Positions 32,764-43,301 of a stretch of 64,000 nt of DNA are shown in pieces; the first letter of the stretch is position 1; every line of letters begins with the position of its first letter. The notes beneath the pieces are model-generated. The model searched no databases and was not told where the DNA came from. It saw only the letters and a program-made list of their open reading frames with translations. Position numbers and translations under genes: made by a program. The stretch lies in NCBI GenBank assembly GCA_963813715.1, contig CAWFAK010000008.1:512001-576000 (forward strand), given 5' to 3'. The stretch is from an uncultured Planctomycetaceae bacterium. GTDB taxonomy: Bacteria; Planctomycetota; Planctomycetia; Planctomycetales; Planctomycetaceae.

Positions 32764-34605
32764 TTATCGCCGCAGCGCCTGCGCCATCTGCTTCTGCCAC
32801 TCGGCCACGTCGTGCTCGGTCAGCTCGAAGACGTCGATCGAATAGCCGATCCGCGCGACGGGCTGGAAGAAACCAAAATACTCGAACTGGCCAATGTTGA
32901 CCGGTTGAATCGTGCCGGCCGGCGTGCGTACCCAGTGCGGCCTTCCCTGCTCGAAATTCACGCTGACGGCAAATCGTCCGGGCTGCGGCGCGTTGCCCGG
33001 CGGGAGGTGATAGCGGATGCCGAGTGCCGTGGGCGGCACGGTGCCGAAGTAGGCCAGGCCGATTTCGCCGCTGGTTCCCTGCCCGCCTGCTTGTTCGTCG
33101 AGATACTTTTTCAGTCCGCCCAGGTCTTGTCCCCAGTCGACATTCGAGTCGAGCAGGTGCTCGCGACCGCCGAGCGGACCGCCGGCCAGCTCGTTGAAAT
33201 AGGACAGGTGCTCCGGGTGGAAGCGGGCCGAGAAGAGCATCAGAACGGCCAAGCCGGTCGTTGCCAGGGTGCGGGCGGGGAACTGTTTCCAGTCGAACCA
33301 GCCGGCCGCCTGCGAGGCGAAGAGAATCGCAAACGGAATCACCGGCAGCACATAGCGGATGCCGAGCTGCATGGGCGACGTCTCGGCCACGATCAGCACG
33401 ACGAGCGTCGGCAACAGGATGACGGCTTGCCTCGCCCAGCGCCGCGGCCGCCCGGCGGGCATCACCAGCCACAACAGCACCAGCAGATCCAAGAGCTGCA
33501 GCGAGTGTGGCAACTTGTAGAGGAGCGCCCACGCGTAATAGCCGGCGAATCCCTCTTCGCGCCACTGCCCGTCCAGGTAGACCGGGTGTTTCTGCTCCAT
33601 GATCTGCCGCTGGTGGTCGAGCCCTGCGACGTAATCGCGGGGCAGCGGCACCGGCAGCCGCGTCAACATTGGCAAGCGTGCAGCCAGCCGTTTGAGCACG
33701 CCGCTCTGAAACTGGTAGCTGCCCACCGTCGCGAAGGAACCGCGGAAAAGATAGCCCGCGTTCCAGATCCCCACGCTGAGCGCGATCGCGGCGACCCACA
33801 TCGTGCAGATCTTGAGGGGCCCAGGGCGCGGTGGAGCGGCCGTCGAGCCCGCCGGTGATGGCTCGTCTGGCTTCGCGGGCGAGTCAAAGAGTGCGACGAG
33901 CACAAACTCGAGCACGGCGATCGGATAAAGCACGAGCGCCGTGAACTTGGCCAGCTGCGCGAGTCCCAGCAGGCCGCCGCAGAGCAATCCGCGTCCCCAA
34001 CTCGGCCGCCGGGCGAATCGCAACGCGGCATAGAGCGCGAACACGAAGAAGGCGGCCGCGCCCATGTCGGTCGTAACCAGGGAGCCGTGGGCGATCAGGT
34101 TCGGCTCGCAGGCCCAGAAGAGGGCGGCTAGCACGCCCGCCCCGTCGCCGAATAACTCCCTTGCCCAGAGCGCCAGCGCCAGGCCGCCGAGCACTGAGAG
34201 CAGCACGATCATCGAGCGGCCGAGCGTGAACCATCGCTGGTAGTGCTCGCGATTTTTGGCAATGAACACGTCGCCCCAGCCTTGTGGGTCGTGGTACTCG
34301 CCGATCGCTCCTGTTTGGGCCGACGTCAACGTCAGGGGCAAGGCGGCCAGCATCCGGCAGAGGGGCGGATTGAGATCGTCGAAGTCGAACCGGCCCGTCT
34401 TGAGATTCAACAGGCCGATCGGCAGGTGCCAGTATTCGTCGTGCGTCGGCGTCAGCTGACCGGCGGCGCTGATCCCCAGCGCCGCTTGCACGACCAACAG
34501 GGCAGCCACCGGCAGCCAGAAGCGCCCGAGCGAGCGCCGCCCGAGCGAAACTGCTGAGGCTGCGCCGGGAGATGTCGTGCCGGGAGTTGTCACACGGGAT
34601 GTCAT
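32764..34605 (-). CDS. GT-C fold glycosyltransferase (ArnT/PMT, family 39/83-like)
   Basis: TPTHDEYWH acidic dyad, NPPL, EPNLIAHGSLVTTD, LAKFT, GIRYVLP, LLDSNVDWGQDL. Confidence 0.85.
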   Translation of the reverse strand: MTSRVTTPGTTSPGAASAVSLGRRSLGRFWLPVAALLVVQAALGISAAGQLTPTHDEYWHLPIGLLNLKTGRFDFDDLNPPLCRMLAALPLTLTSAQTGAIGEYHDPQGWGDVFIAKNREHYQRWFTLGRSMIVLLSVLGGLALALWARELFGDGAGVLAALFWACEPNLIAHGSLVTTDMGAAAFFVFALYAALRFARRPSWGRGLLCGGLLGLAQLAKFTALVLYPIAVLEFVLVALFDSPAKPDEPSPAGSTAAPPRPGPLKICTMWVAAIALSVGIWNAGYLFRGSFATVGSYQFQSGVLKRLAARLPMLTRLPVPLPRDYVAGLDHQRQIMEQKHPVYLDGQWREEGFAGYYAWALLYKLPHSLQLLDLLVLLWLVMPAGRPRRWARQAVILLPTLVVLIVAETSPMQLGIRYVLPVIPFAILFASQAAGWFDWKQFPARTLATTGLAVLMLFSARFHPEHLSYFNELAGGPLGGREHLLDSNVDWGQDLGGLKKYLDEQAGGQGTSGEIGLAYFGTVPPTALGIRYHLPPGNAPQPGRFAVSVNFEQGRPHWVRTPAGTIQPVNIGQFEYFGFFQPVARIGYSIDVFELTEHDVAEWQKQMAQALRR

Positions 34606-34627
34606 GTCGTTGGCAGATTCATGCGGA

Positions 34628-35710
34628 TCACGGCTTCGCCGGGCGGACGAGGTCGGAGAGGAGATCCTGTTCCATCGCCTCGGCCGCGATGGCGTTCGCC
34701 CGCTCGTTGGGATGCGCATCGAAGCGGCTTACCATCAGGTTTTCGCCGGCGTGTTTTCGAAAGATCGGGTCGAGATCAAGCAGCGGGATCTTTCCCGACT
34801 TGCAGAAGTCGGCGAGTCGGGCCCGTGCCGCGCGAAACGAGTCTTCGCCCGACAAATCGTGCAGGAAGGGAAAGATCACCATTCGCAGCTCGACGTGCTG
34901 TTGTTTGCACTCGCGGTCCAGTTGAGCCAGCTTGGCCCGCAGGCCATCCCAGGCTTCCGTCTGATACGACGCCGCGAGCTTGTCGAAATACCGGTGGTTG
35001 CGTCCCTGAAACTGTCGAAAGCGGAAATAGAGCCAGTTGAGCAAGTAGGTGTCTCGGAACAAGAAGAACTGCGGCCCGGCCGTGTAGATCCCCTCGAGCG
35101 GCTTCTGCCCCGCCAGATCCATGTAACCTTCAATGTCGTTGAGGTTGTACACGTAAATGAACATGCCGACGTCAGCTTGCATCTTGAACATCACGCCCGC
35201 GGCGAGTGACTCAATTTGCGACGTTTCCAGGCCGGGATCGCCCAGGTTGGCCACCATGTATTGGCCGGGCGCCTTCGCGTCGAGCCACTCGGCGATGCGG
35301 TTGGAGAAGCGGTCGTCCATCCGCTTGATGCCGTGGCCGATGGTGAAACTGTCGCCCAGGAAAATGATCCGCTTCTTGCCGGAGGGAACGTACTTCGTGA
35401 ACGGTTCGTGGTCGCGATTCCCCTCGTTGTTCCGCTCGTGATCGATGTGCAGCGCGAGCCAGCGTTTGGAAACGTTGGTGATGTTGAACGTGTCGCTGAA
35501 GTCGGCGAAGCAGGCGAACGCGAGCTCGCCCGCGGTGACCACCGCCAGCAGCATGCAGAGCGACAGGCCCAGGTTGGGCAGGAACAATCCCCGGCCGCGG
35601 GCCCGTTGTTTCCGACGACCCCACAGCACGCCGAAGAAGAGCGCGGCCAGAATCACCAGCCACACGGCCATGCCGATCAGGTATCCGTCCGAGAGATAGA
35701 ACACCAGCAC
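34628..35710 (-). CDS. Membrane-anchored SGNH/GDSL hydrolase, paralog 2
   Basis: Two N-terminal TM segments; FLGDSFTIGHG, YNLND, FDAHPNERA. Confidence 0.87.
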   Translation of the reverse strand: MLVFYLSDGYLIGMAVWLVILAALFFGVLWGRRKQRARGRGLFLPNLGLSLCMLLAVVTAGELAFACFADFSDTFNITNVSKRWLALHIDHERNNEGNRDHEPFTKYVPSGKKRIIFLGDSFTIGHGIKRMDDRFSNRIAEWLDAKAPGQYMVANLGDPGLETSQIESLAAGVMFKMQADVGMFIYVYNLNDIEGYMDLAGQKPLEGIYTAGPQFFLFRDTYLLNWLYFRFRQFQGRNHRYFDKLAASYQTEAWDGLRAKLAQLDRECKQQHVELRMVIFPFLHDLSGEDSFRAARARLADFCKSGKIPLLDLDPIFRKHAGENLMVSRFDAHPNERANAIAAEAMEQDLLSDLVRPAKP

Positions 35711-35724
35711 CGCTTCGGCCCTCG

Positions 35725-36826
35725 TCAGGTTCCCGCGTGTTTTTCAGGCCGCGCCGGCTGGAAGAAGTCGGCAAGCAAATCGTTTTCGATCGCCTCGGCC
35801 GCGATGGCATGCGCCCGTTCGTTGGGATGAGCGTCGAACCGGCTGACGACCAGGCTCTCGCCCGCGTGGCGCCGGAAGACGGGCTCCAGGTCGAGCACGG
35901 GAATTTTCTCCGCTTTGCAGAATTCGACGATCCGCGCGTGGGCCGCGCGGAACGGATAGTCCTCGCCGACTTCCCGCACGAAGGGAAAGATCACCATCCG
36001 GAAATCGACCCCCTGCTCGACGCAGCGCTGATGCAGGCCCTCGCAGCAGGCCCCGCACTTTGGCCCACGGCTCCGACTCGTAGGATTGCCGCAAGTTCTC
36101 GTAATACGATTGGGCTCCCTGGCTGCGAAAGGCCACGAACCGGAAATAGAGCCAATTCAACAGGTAGGTGTCGCGGAACAGGAAGAACGTCGGTTCGGAG
36201 CTTTGAATCGCTTGCAGCGCGGCCGCGGTGTGCGGGTCGAACGTGTCGACGTCATTCAGATTATAGACGTAGACGCAACACGCCATGTCGTAATGCTTCT
36301 GGAGCAGTTCGTCCTGCGCCAGATGCGTGATCATGAGCGCGTCGTACGCGGGGAGGGCCATGTTCGCGACGACGAACTTGCCCGGCTGCTCGCGCTCGAA
36401 CTGCGCGGCGATCAGGTCGGTGAAGCGGTCTTCCATCCGCCGAATGCCGTGGCCGGCAGTGAAGCTGTCGCCGAGAAAGATGATGCGTTTTTTGCCGCCG
36501 GGAACGTACGTCGTCAGCTCCTGGCGGTCGCGGAAGCCGTTCTGGTTTTTTTCCGCGTCGATGTGCAGGGCCAGCCAGCGCTTGGAGACGTTGGAGATAT
36601 TAAAGGTGTCACTGAAGTCGGCGAAGCAGGCAAACGCCAGTTCCCCCGCCGTGAGCGTCGCCAGCAGCATGGCCAGCGAGAGGCCGGCATTGACCGCCCG
36701 CATCCGCCGCGGCGCTTGATGCGATCGCCGCCGCGCGCGAAGCAGCGCCGCGACGAACAGCGCCAGCGCGACGATCCAGATCGCCATGCCGATCAGGTAT
36801 CCAGGCGAAAGATACAGGACGAGCAC
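35725..36826 (-). CDS. Membrane-anchored SGNH/GDSL hydrolase, paralog 1 (frameshift ~36040)
   Basis: FLGDSFTAGHG, YNLND; C-terminus FDAHPNERAH in ORF 35725-35997. Confidence 0.85.
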
Positions 36827-36844
36827 AAATCACTCTGCTGCGGG

Positions 36845-39104
36845 TCAGCGAACCGGATGTTTCCGTTTGAGCACGATGAAATAGCCGTCGGTGTTGTCGG
36901 GCAGCTAATTCCCATTGGTCGGGGTGGTCGCGATATTCGGGCACCTGGTCCGGGCGCTCGATCTTGCTGTACGGCCCGTGCGTATCGATCACGATGTAGT
37001 CGGTGTCGGGTGGCACTCCCGGCTGATAATTGTTGACCGCCCGCGGATAGTCGCTGTAGTCGTACGAGCGCTCGTAATGAGTGAAACGCGGGTGAATAAA
37101 GTCGGTCGAGGCCACGCGGGCAGCTCGGCGGAATCTCCTCGAGCACGCGGTCGAAGACTTCGGCCCGCTTGTCGACGACGTAATGGTCCCGCCAATAAAA
37201 GCCCGAATCGCGGTCCCAAAAATTGATCGACAGCGGGCTCAGTCCGAAGAATATGCCGGTCACGAAGGCGCTGACGCCGGCGAAGCGTCCCCACCACAGG
37301 GCCCGCGATTCCGTCGCAGCGTTCGAGTCGACATCGGCGGACGCTTCGTCGACGACCGCGCCGCGCGGAAACGCGCGACGCGAAACGACTCCGAGGCCCG
37401 CCGCGGCCGACCAGAGCAGGATCGGCACGGCGGCCGCGTGAACGTGATGGAAGGGCGAGTCGATGACTTCGTTCAGGCAGAACGTGAGAAACAGGGGCAA
37501 CGCCACGGCCAGCCGTCCCGGGGAAAAGAGCGGCAAGAAGCCGAGCGGCGCGAGCAGCAACAAGGCGTATTCGGCCGAGTGGGCGTTGCCAAAGGCTTCC
37601 CACAGCAGGGCCGGTCGCGTGAGCATCGTTTGGGCGATCTCGGGCAGGGTCTTGCCGAAGCGGGTGAAGTAGCCGGCGTAGTGAATTTCCTGTCCGTGCC
37701 GAAAGTAGGCCATCACGACCCGCGTGGCCACGAACAGGTAGACGACGGAAACGACCGCCAGCCCGGCCCCGAAAATGAAAACCCGCCAGTTGATGCGTGA
37801 GGTCGCCGCGCGATCCGCGGCCGGGTCGACGCGGTCGGTCCTCGGTTGGTCGCCACCGGCAAGCGCGGGTGACTGTCGGGAGAGGCCCATGGCGAGCGCG
37901 ATCCAAACTCCCAGCGGAGCCAGCACGATTGCAAAGTCTTCCTGCGCGCTGAGCGCGACGGCCGCCAGCAGGCAAAACGTTTTGTACCGCCGCCGTTCGA
38001 GCTGATCGAGCGCGAAGAGCAGGACGGGAATCCCCAGGCCGTTGGGACGAAATGTTTTCCAATCGATGCCGATGTCGAGGAATTGCAGCGGAAAGTAGAG
38101 CAGGCACGCGGCGGCCAGCCAGATGGCCGGCTTCGACTGTCCGGCGTGCCGTCGCGCCATCCAGTAGACCGGGAAGCAACAAGCGGCCAAGAGCAACGAA
38201 TCGCACAACTCGAGCAACAATTGCGACGGCCAGAGCAGATAGAGGGGGACCAACAGCACGTGAATGACCTGTACGTGTTCGCCCAGGAAGATGCCTTGAT
38301 CGAGATAGCTACGAAATCCCTTGCCGTGCAGCAGATTCCACAGATGCTCCTCGTACATGGCCGAGTCGCCGTGCGGCAACCGCAGGCTGCGGTACAACTG
38401 CCAGTTCATCGCGACGAAGACGACAACGTACGCCGCGAAGCACAGCCAGACGGCCAGCGGCAGGCGGTAATCTTCGGCAGCGGGGACCAGTAGCCCGCTC
38501 GATTTCGCGCGCCGACGGCCGTCTCCGACTCCGTCCCTGTGTAAGCGGCTGCGCGTCTGAAAGTCAGGGCGAAGAACGTGGCCACCCAGCCGGCTACGCC
38601 CGCGGCAATCCAGAAGCTGGGGCTGGAGAGGATGAATTGTTGCATCCCCTCGGAGCCGGCCGCGAACGTGGACAACCGGGCCAGTTCCCAACTCCCGCCG
38701 ACCACCCACCAGAGCCAGCCCTTCAAACCCCAGCTCGCGGCAGCCGCGGCGAACGAGAGCTGCTGTCGCCGGGCCATCCAGGCGGCGCCGGCCAGCCAGG
38801 TCACGACGCTGACCGACGCCAGTATTAAGAGGAGAGACGCGTAGGGCGGCAAGGCGGGCTCGCCGCCGGGCGCGGCCGAGGAGGGGTCGGCTCCCAGCCA
38901 GCCGTCGAGCCGATTCATGAGGCCGTGCGACGCGAGCGCCCCGGACGCGATCCGGGAGCCCAGCATCGATTGCCCGCTCGCCGCGCACAGAGCGGTGCCC
39001 AAAGCGATCGCGGCCACCGCTCCAACGAGCCGCAGCCCGTCGCCCTGGCCTGCGCTGGGCGAAAGCGGGGGACTGCCGGGTTGTTTCGCTTTGCCGCGAG
39101 CCAT
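36845..39104 (-). CDS. DUF2079-like polytopic membrane protein (probable GT-C); several apparent frameshifts
   Basis: HGDSAMYEEHLWN, FLGEHVQ..LLVPLY, SAQED; joined from ORFs 38406-39104, 36793-38988 and 36609-37115, ending ...DGYFIVLKRKHPVR*. Confidence 0.78.
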
Positions 39105-39550
39105 TGGATTCAGTTTAGCAGGGACTTGAGTTTTTCAGGCGTGAAGCCGCCGCTTCCAGCAAAGCAGCAACCCGAATCCCGCGCAACGGCTCCAATCACT
39201 ATTCCGCGTTTCGGAGCGCTTGCGGGTTCGCGAGACGACGTGCAGTTTTCCGACCGGGCTTGCAACGTGTGATAATCTTCAGCGTCCGGAAACCGAGGTT
39301 CGCGCCTGTCCGTCATCCAACGAGTTTGCTCCACGGGCGAGTCAGGCCGGCAGCGGTTGTGTGGCCCGCAAAGTTGTGCGTTGCGATCTCCCTGTTTGCC
39401 TGCGGCGGACGCCACAAACCGGAGCGAATCGAGACCAGCTTGCGGCCGGGAGCCCCAGCCGCTGGTAAGTTAGGAGCCGCGCCGCAAGCCTTTTGCCTAA
39501 GGATGTTTACGTTCGACGTTCGGGGAACACGGGGCAAATTTTTCCGAAAT

Positions 39551-39567
39551 CCGGCTCGCAGATTGCT
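39551..39567 (+). promoter_or_regulatory. Putative sigma54 (-24/-12) promoter
   Basis: CCGGCTCGCAGATTGCT, i.e. GG-N10-GC with TTGCT, ~60 bp upstream of the ATG at 39629. Confidence 0.55.
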
Positions 39568-39628
39568 AGTCTGGAGGGCGGGTTTCGGGGTCGTCCCCAG
39601 TTCGGGCTCATCCCAAGGTTGAGAACGC

Positions 39629-40213
39629 ATGTCTGAGCAAATCGATTTCAATGCAGTCGATTTCAGTCGCAGGGATTTCGCCAAACTAACGCTGGCGGCG
39701 CTCGCCGGTTTGTCGGCAGGTAGCCATGCGCTCGCCGGATCGGTGCCCGCTCGCACGGTCCAGGATCCGATGCTTTCGGACCCGCATATCTGCCGCGGTC
39801 TGAATACGTGTCGCGGTAAGGACGTCACGCGGCGTAATTCGTGCGCCGGCACGGGGACGTGTGCCACGGCCCGCTACCATCCATGCAAGGGCCATAACGA
39901 TTGCCGCGGCCAAGGCGGCTGTGGCGATGCGCCCGGGCTGAACGAATGCCGGGGATGGGGCGCGTGTGACGTGCCGCTGAAGCCGCGCGTTTGGGCGGTG
40001 GCCCGTCAAAGGTTCGAGAAGGTGATGCGCGACCAGCGCCGCCGATACGGCGTGCCGCCGCTCGTGGCCCGCAACGGCTCAGCGCCCGCAGCGACGGGAC
40101 TTCCGCCTCTATCGTTGCCAAGTTGCATCAGCAGTTTGGGCATTGCGGTCTTCGGCAAACGCTCGTTTGGGCTGACCTTGCGCCCAGTCCCCCCGCCGCA
40201 CAGCCGTTCATAG
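39629..40213 (+). CDS. Tat-exported Cys-rich protein resembling MNIO/DUF692-associated bufferin-A2-type precursors (C-terminal end uncertain)
   Basis: SRRDF Tat motif; 9 Cys in repeats CRGLNTCRG, NSCAGTGTC, CKGHNDCRGQGGC, NECRGWGAC. Confidence 0.75.
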   Translation: MSEQIDFNAVDFSRRDFAKLTLAALAGLSAGSHALAGSVPARTVQDPMLSDPHICRGLNTCRGKDVTRRNSCAGTGTCATARYHPCKGHNDCRGQGGCGDAPGLNECRGWGACDVPLKPRVWAVARQRFEKVMRDQRRRYGVPPLVARNGSAPAATGLPPLSLPSCISSLGIAVFGKRSFGLTLRPVPPPHSRS

Positions 40214-40715
40214 TGCCAATTTTTTGCCATAAATCGGCATTTGTTGCGCGCGGAGAGCCGGCGGAGTTTGTGGACCTGCGCGGTTGTCCCGGAACGGGTC
40301 ATGACGGCTGAATCGATTTTTCAGTGGTGAGCGCCTTTGGCCGTCGAACTTCGCTTGTCTTAAGCACCGGTCGTATAAGTTTTTTCGATTCACCCGCCGA
40401 ATATGAACGCGACAGATTCGATGAAGGGGCCGCGTATACGCAGTTTGTCCATTGTGGTGGCTTGAGCGCCTGATCTTGGAATGTCGGTCCTGCCGGGCCG
40501 CTGATTTCATCGCCCACTCGTCGCACGCGTGTCGCGCACCGCGCGACGACGACTGAGCGGTCGCTCCGAGCTTCCACGACTGTCGGTGCTGTTGCCCCCC
40601 GTTTCCGTCGAACCGCTGGTCGAACACGAGTTTTGGCGTCGATTGGGACGCTCGCGATTCGGGAGTGCCGATCTCGCGCACGGTATCTGCAATCAATTTT
40701 CCCATGGTGAGAGCA

Positions 40716-42155
40716 ATGAAGAACGGATTCTGGAAATCGATCGGCAAGGTGCCGGTCCTGGTGCTGGCCGTCGCGGTCGGCCCGGTCGCCCTGGCGGATG
40801 GACCAGCAGTGGAAAGTATTCCTGCCGACGGAACGGCGGCTTCTGTCGCGTCCCCGATTCCGTCAACGGATCCGACGGCCAGCGTCTCGAGCCCGATCCG
40901 CTTGATCTCGACGGATTCGATCCTGGCCGATCCCAACTGTGCTCCGCCGGCCGGACCGGCCGCGGCAGATCTCGCGCAGGCGACCGCGCCGTGCAACATC
41001 TGGTCACCCTGTTGCCTCTGCAACGGCTGCGGCGGCGGTGCCACGTTCCAATGGGCCCCGGATAAGTGGTGCAACGTCGGCGTCGGCATTCGTACCAGCT
41101 TCAACCACGAGCAGGGCGACAACGTCAACGACAAGAACTTCTTCGCCCTCGACGAAGCCCGTTTGTTCTTCACCGGCAAAGTCACGCAGGTGATCGGGTT
41201 CGAGTTGAACACCGACATCTCGGGCGCCGGCGGCCGCGGTTTCACTGACTCGGCCTCGGACACTGTCAACCTGCAGGACTCGATCCACCTGTTGGACGCG
41301 ATCGTCAAGTTCGAGTTCAACGACTTCGTCAACTTCTGGATGGGCCGGTTCCTGCCTCCGAACGACCGTTCGGACTTGGACGGACCGTTCTTCATCAACG
41401 GTTGGGATTATCCCTTCGTCTCGAACTACCCCGGCCAGTTTGAAGGCCGTGACACGGGTGTCGCGTACTGGGGTCAGTACGGCGGCGGCAGTTTGAAGTG
41501 GCAGATCGGCCTCTTCAACGGCCAGGGTCGTGAGAACGGCGGCAACGACTGGCCCGTCGCGAACGCGGCCACCTCGCCGAACGTCAGCGGCAACCCCGAG
41601 CTCGTCGCCCGCGTCGTGCTCAACCTGCTCGATCCGGAACCGGGATATTACAACTCCAGCACGTACTACGGCGAAAAGAACATCGCGGCGATCGGCTTCA
41701 GCTTCACCGACCAGACCGACGCTCTGGAAGACATCAACGGCCACGTCGGCACGTTCTTCGCCTACAACTTCGACTTCTTGCTCGAAAACAAGATGAGCGA
41801 ATGGGGCTCGGGCACGTTCGAGGCTGCCTACTACCACTATGACGTCGGCGGCGACGTCGCCAACGGCATTGCCGGCAACGCGGGCTTCGTCTTTGTCGGC
41901 TGGATGCTGCCCCAACAGGTCGGCTGCGGCGGCGTGTGCGGCTACATCCGCCCGTACGCCCGATGGCAGAAGTACGACTACTCCGACGAGCAGTTCGCTG
42001 CTTCCGCCGGCGAGTTCAAGGAAGGCTGGGACGCCGGTTTCCAGTACGTCATCAAAGGCCACAACGCGCGGTTCGACTGCTTCTACGGACAGCGCGAGGT
42101 CGAAGGTGGCGGCAACGTCGACATCTTCCGGACCGGCATGCAGCTGATCTTCTAG
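40716..42155 (+). CDS. Outer-membrane porin, FmdC (short-chain amide/urea porin)/OprO-P-like
   Basis: Signal peptide; amphipathic beta strands; VGIRTSF, LLDAIVKFEF..NFWMGRFLPPNDRSDLDGP; C-terminal Phe (MQLIF). Confidence 0.78.
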   Translation: MKNGFWKSIGKVPVLVLAVAVGPVALADGPAVESIPADGTAASVASPIPSTDPTASVSSPIRLISTDSILADPNCAPPAGPAAADLAQATAPCNIWSPCCLCNGCGGGATFQWAPDKWCNVGVGIRTSFNHEQGDNVNDKNFFALDEARLFFTGKVTQVIGFELNTDISGAGGRGFTDSASDTVNLQDSIHLLDAIVKFEFNDFVNFWMGRFLPPNDRSDLDGPFFINGWDYPFVSNYPGQFEGRDTGVAYWGQYGGGSLKWQIGLFNGQGRENGGNDWPVANAATSPNVSGNPELVARVVLNLLDPEPGYYNSSTYYGEKNIAAIGFSFTDQTDALEDINGHVGTFFAYNFDFLLENKMSEWGSGTFEAAYYHYDVGGDVANGIAGNAGFVFVGWMLPQQVGCGGVCGYIRPYARWQKYDYSDEQFAASAGEFKEGWDAGFQYVIKGHNARFDCFYGQREVEGGGNVDIFRTGMQLIF

Positions 42156-42199
42156 TCCAAGGATTAGTTTGCGCGACGAAGCCGTCGCGCCCGAACCAG

Positions 42200-42240
42200 C
42201 GAGCCTGGCTCCTCGATCCACCGATCGGGAGCCAGGCTCG
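42200..42240 (+). terminator. Strong stem-loop after the porin gene (terminator or mRNA-stabilising hairpin)
   Basis: CGAGCCTGGCTCC-TCGATC-CACC-GATCG-GGAGCCAGGCTCG; no clear U-tract. Confidence 0.5.
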
Positions 42241-42398
42241 ACTCGTTTCGAAGCGACGCGGTCGGCCCCGAAATGCCCCGCGCCGCTGCCTTGTTTTCGC
42301 TCTTTCGCGACTCTAAGCTCTTCAACTGCGTCGGCCGTCGCACCGAGTGGATTTCGCGCGATCCCGCTCGTCGGCCCGAGCGAACGAGGATCCCCACG

Positions 42399-42701
<303 letters not shown>

Positions 42702-42756
42702 TCGACCGGACCTTTGTTCCCGCCGCTGATATCGACCCCACCATCGGAAGCCGACC

Positions 42757-43251
42757 ATGATCCCGGGTGAATACTTGCTCGACGGCCCCCCGATTGAGTT
42801 GAACGCGGGCTGGCCGACGGCCGTCGTCGAAGTCAAAAATACGGGCGACCGGCCGATTCAGGTCGGCTCGCACTACCATTTCTTCGAGACCAACCGCGCA
42901 CTCGTCTTCGACCGGGAACGTGCCTACGGTATGCGGCTCGACTTGCCGGCCGGCACGGCGGCCCGCTTCGAGCCGGGCGAGGTCAGACGCGTGCAACTCG
43001 TCGCCCTGGGCGGTCAGCGGCGCGTCTATGGCAACAACGCTCTGGTCATGGGCGACCTGGACGATCCCAAGATCCGCCAACAAAGCCTGAAGCGGATGCG
43101 CGACGGGAAATTTGGGAACACGTCGTCAGGCAATCACGAGCGTCGGGCAAGCGTCGGCAGCGCGCCGACGGCCGCTGCGCCCGCCTCCCGACCGGTCAAG
43201 GCATCTCGCAAAGTGGCGAAGAAGCCGACCCGCAAGACGCGGAAGAAGTAA
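42757..43251 (+). CDS. ureB: Urease subunit beta with basic C-terminal extension
   Basis: [40 protein letters not shown]. Confidence 0.96.
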   Translation: MIPGEYLLDGPPIELNAGWPTAVVEVKNTGDRPIQVGSHYHFFETNRALVFDRERAYGMRLDLPAGTAARFEPGEVRRVQLVALGGQRRVYGNNALVMGDLDDPKIRQQSLKRMRDGKFGNTSSGNHERRASVGSAPTAAAPASRPVKASRKVAKKPTRKTRKK

Positions 43252-43301
43252 TCCAGGAACGCCGCACGCCAGCTGCCGCCGCCGACCGACAGGAGATCCC
43301 G

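Noticed and set aside
39110..39550. Possible ncRNA in the long divergent intergenic region
   Set aside because: Only generic GC-rich pairing; no family signature recognisable by eye (an Rfam scan would be needed).
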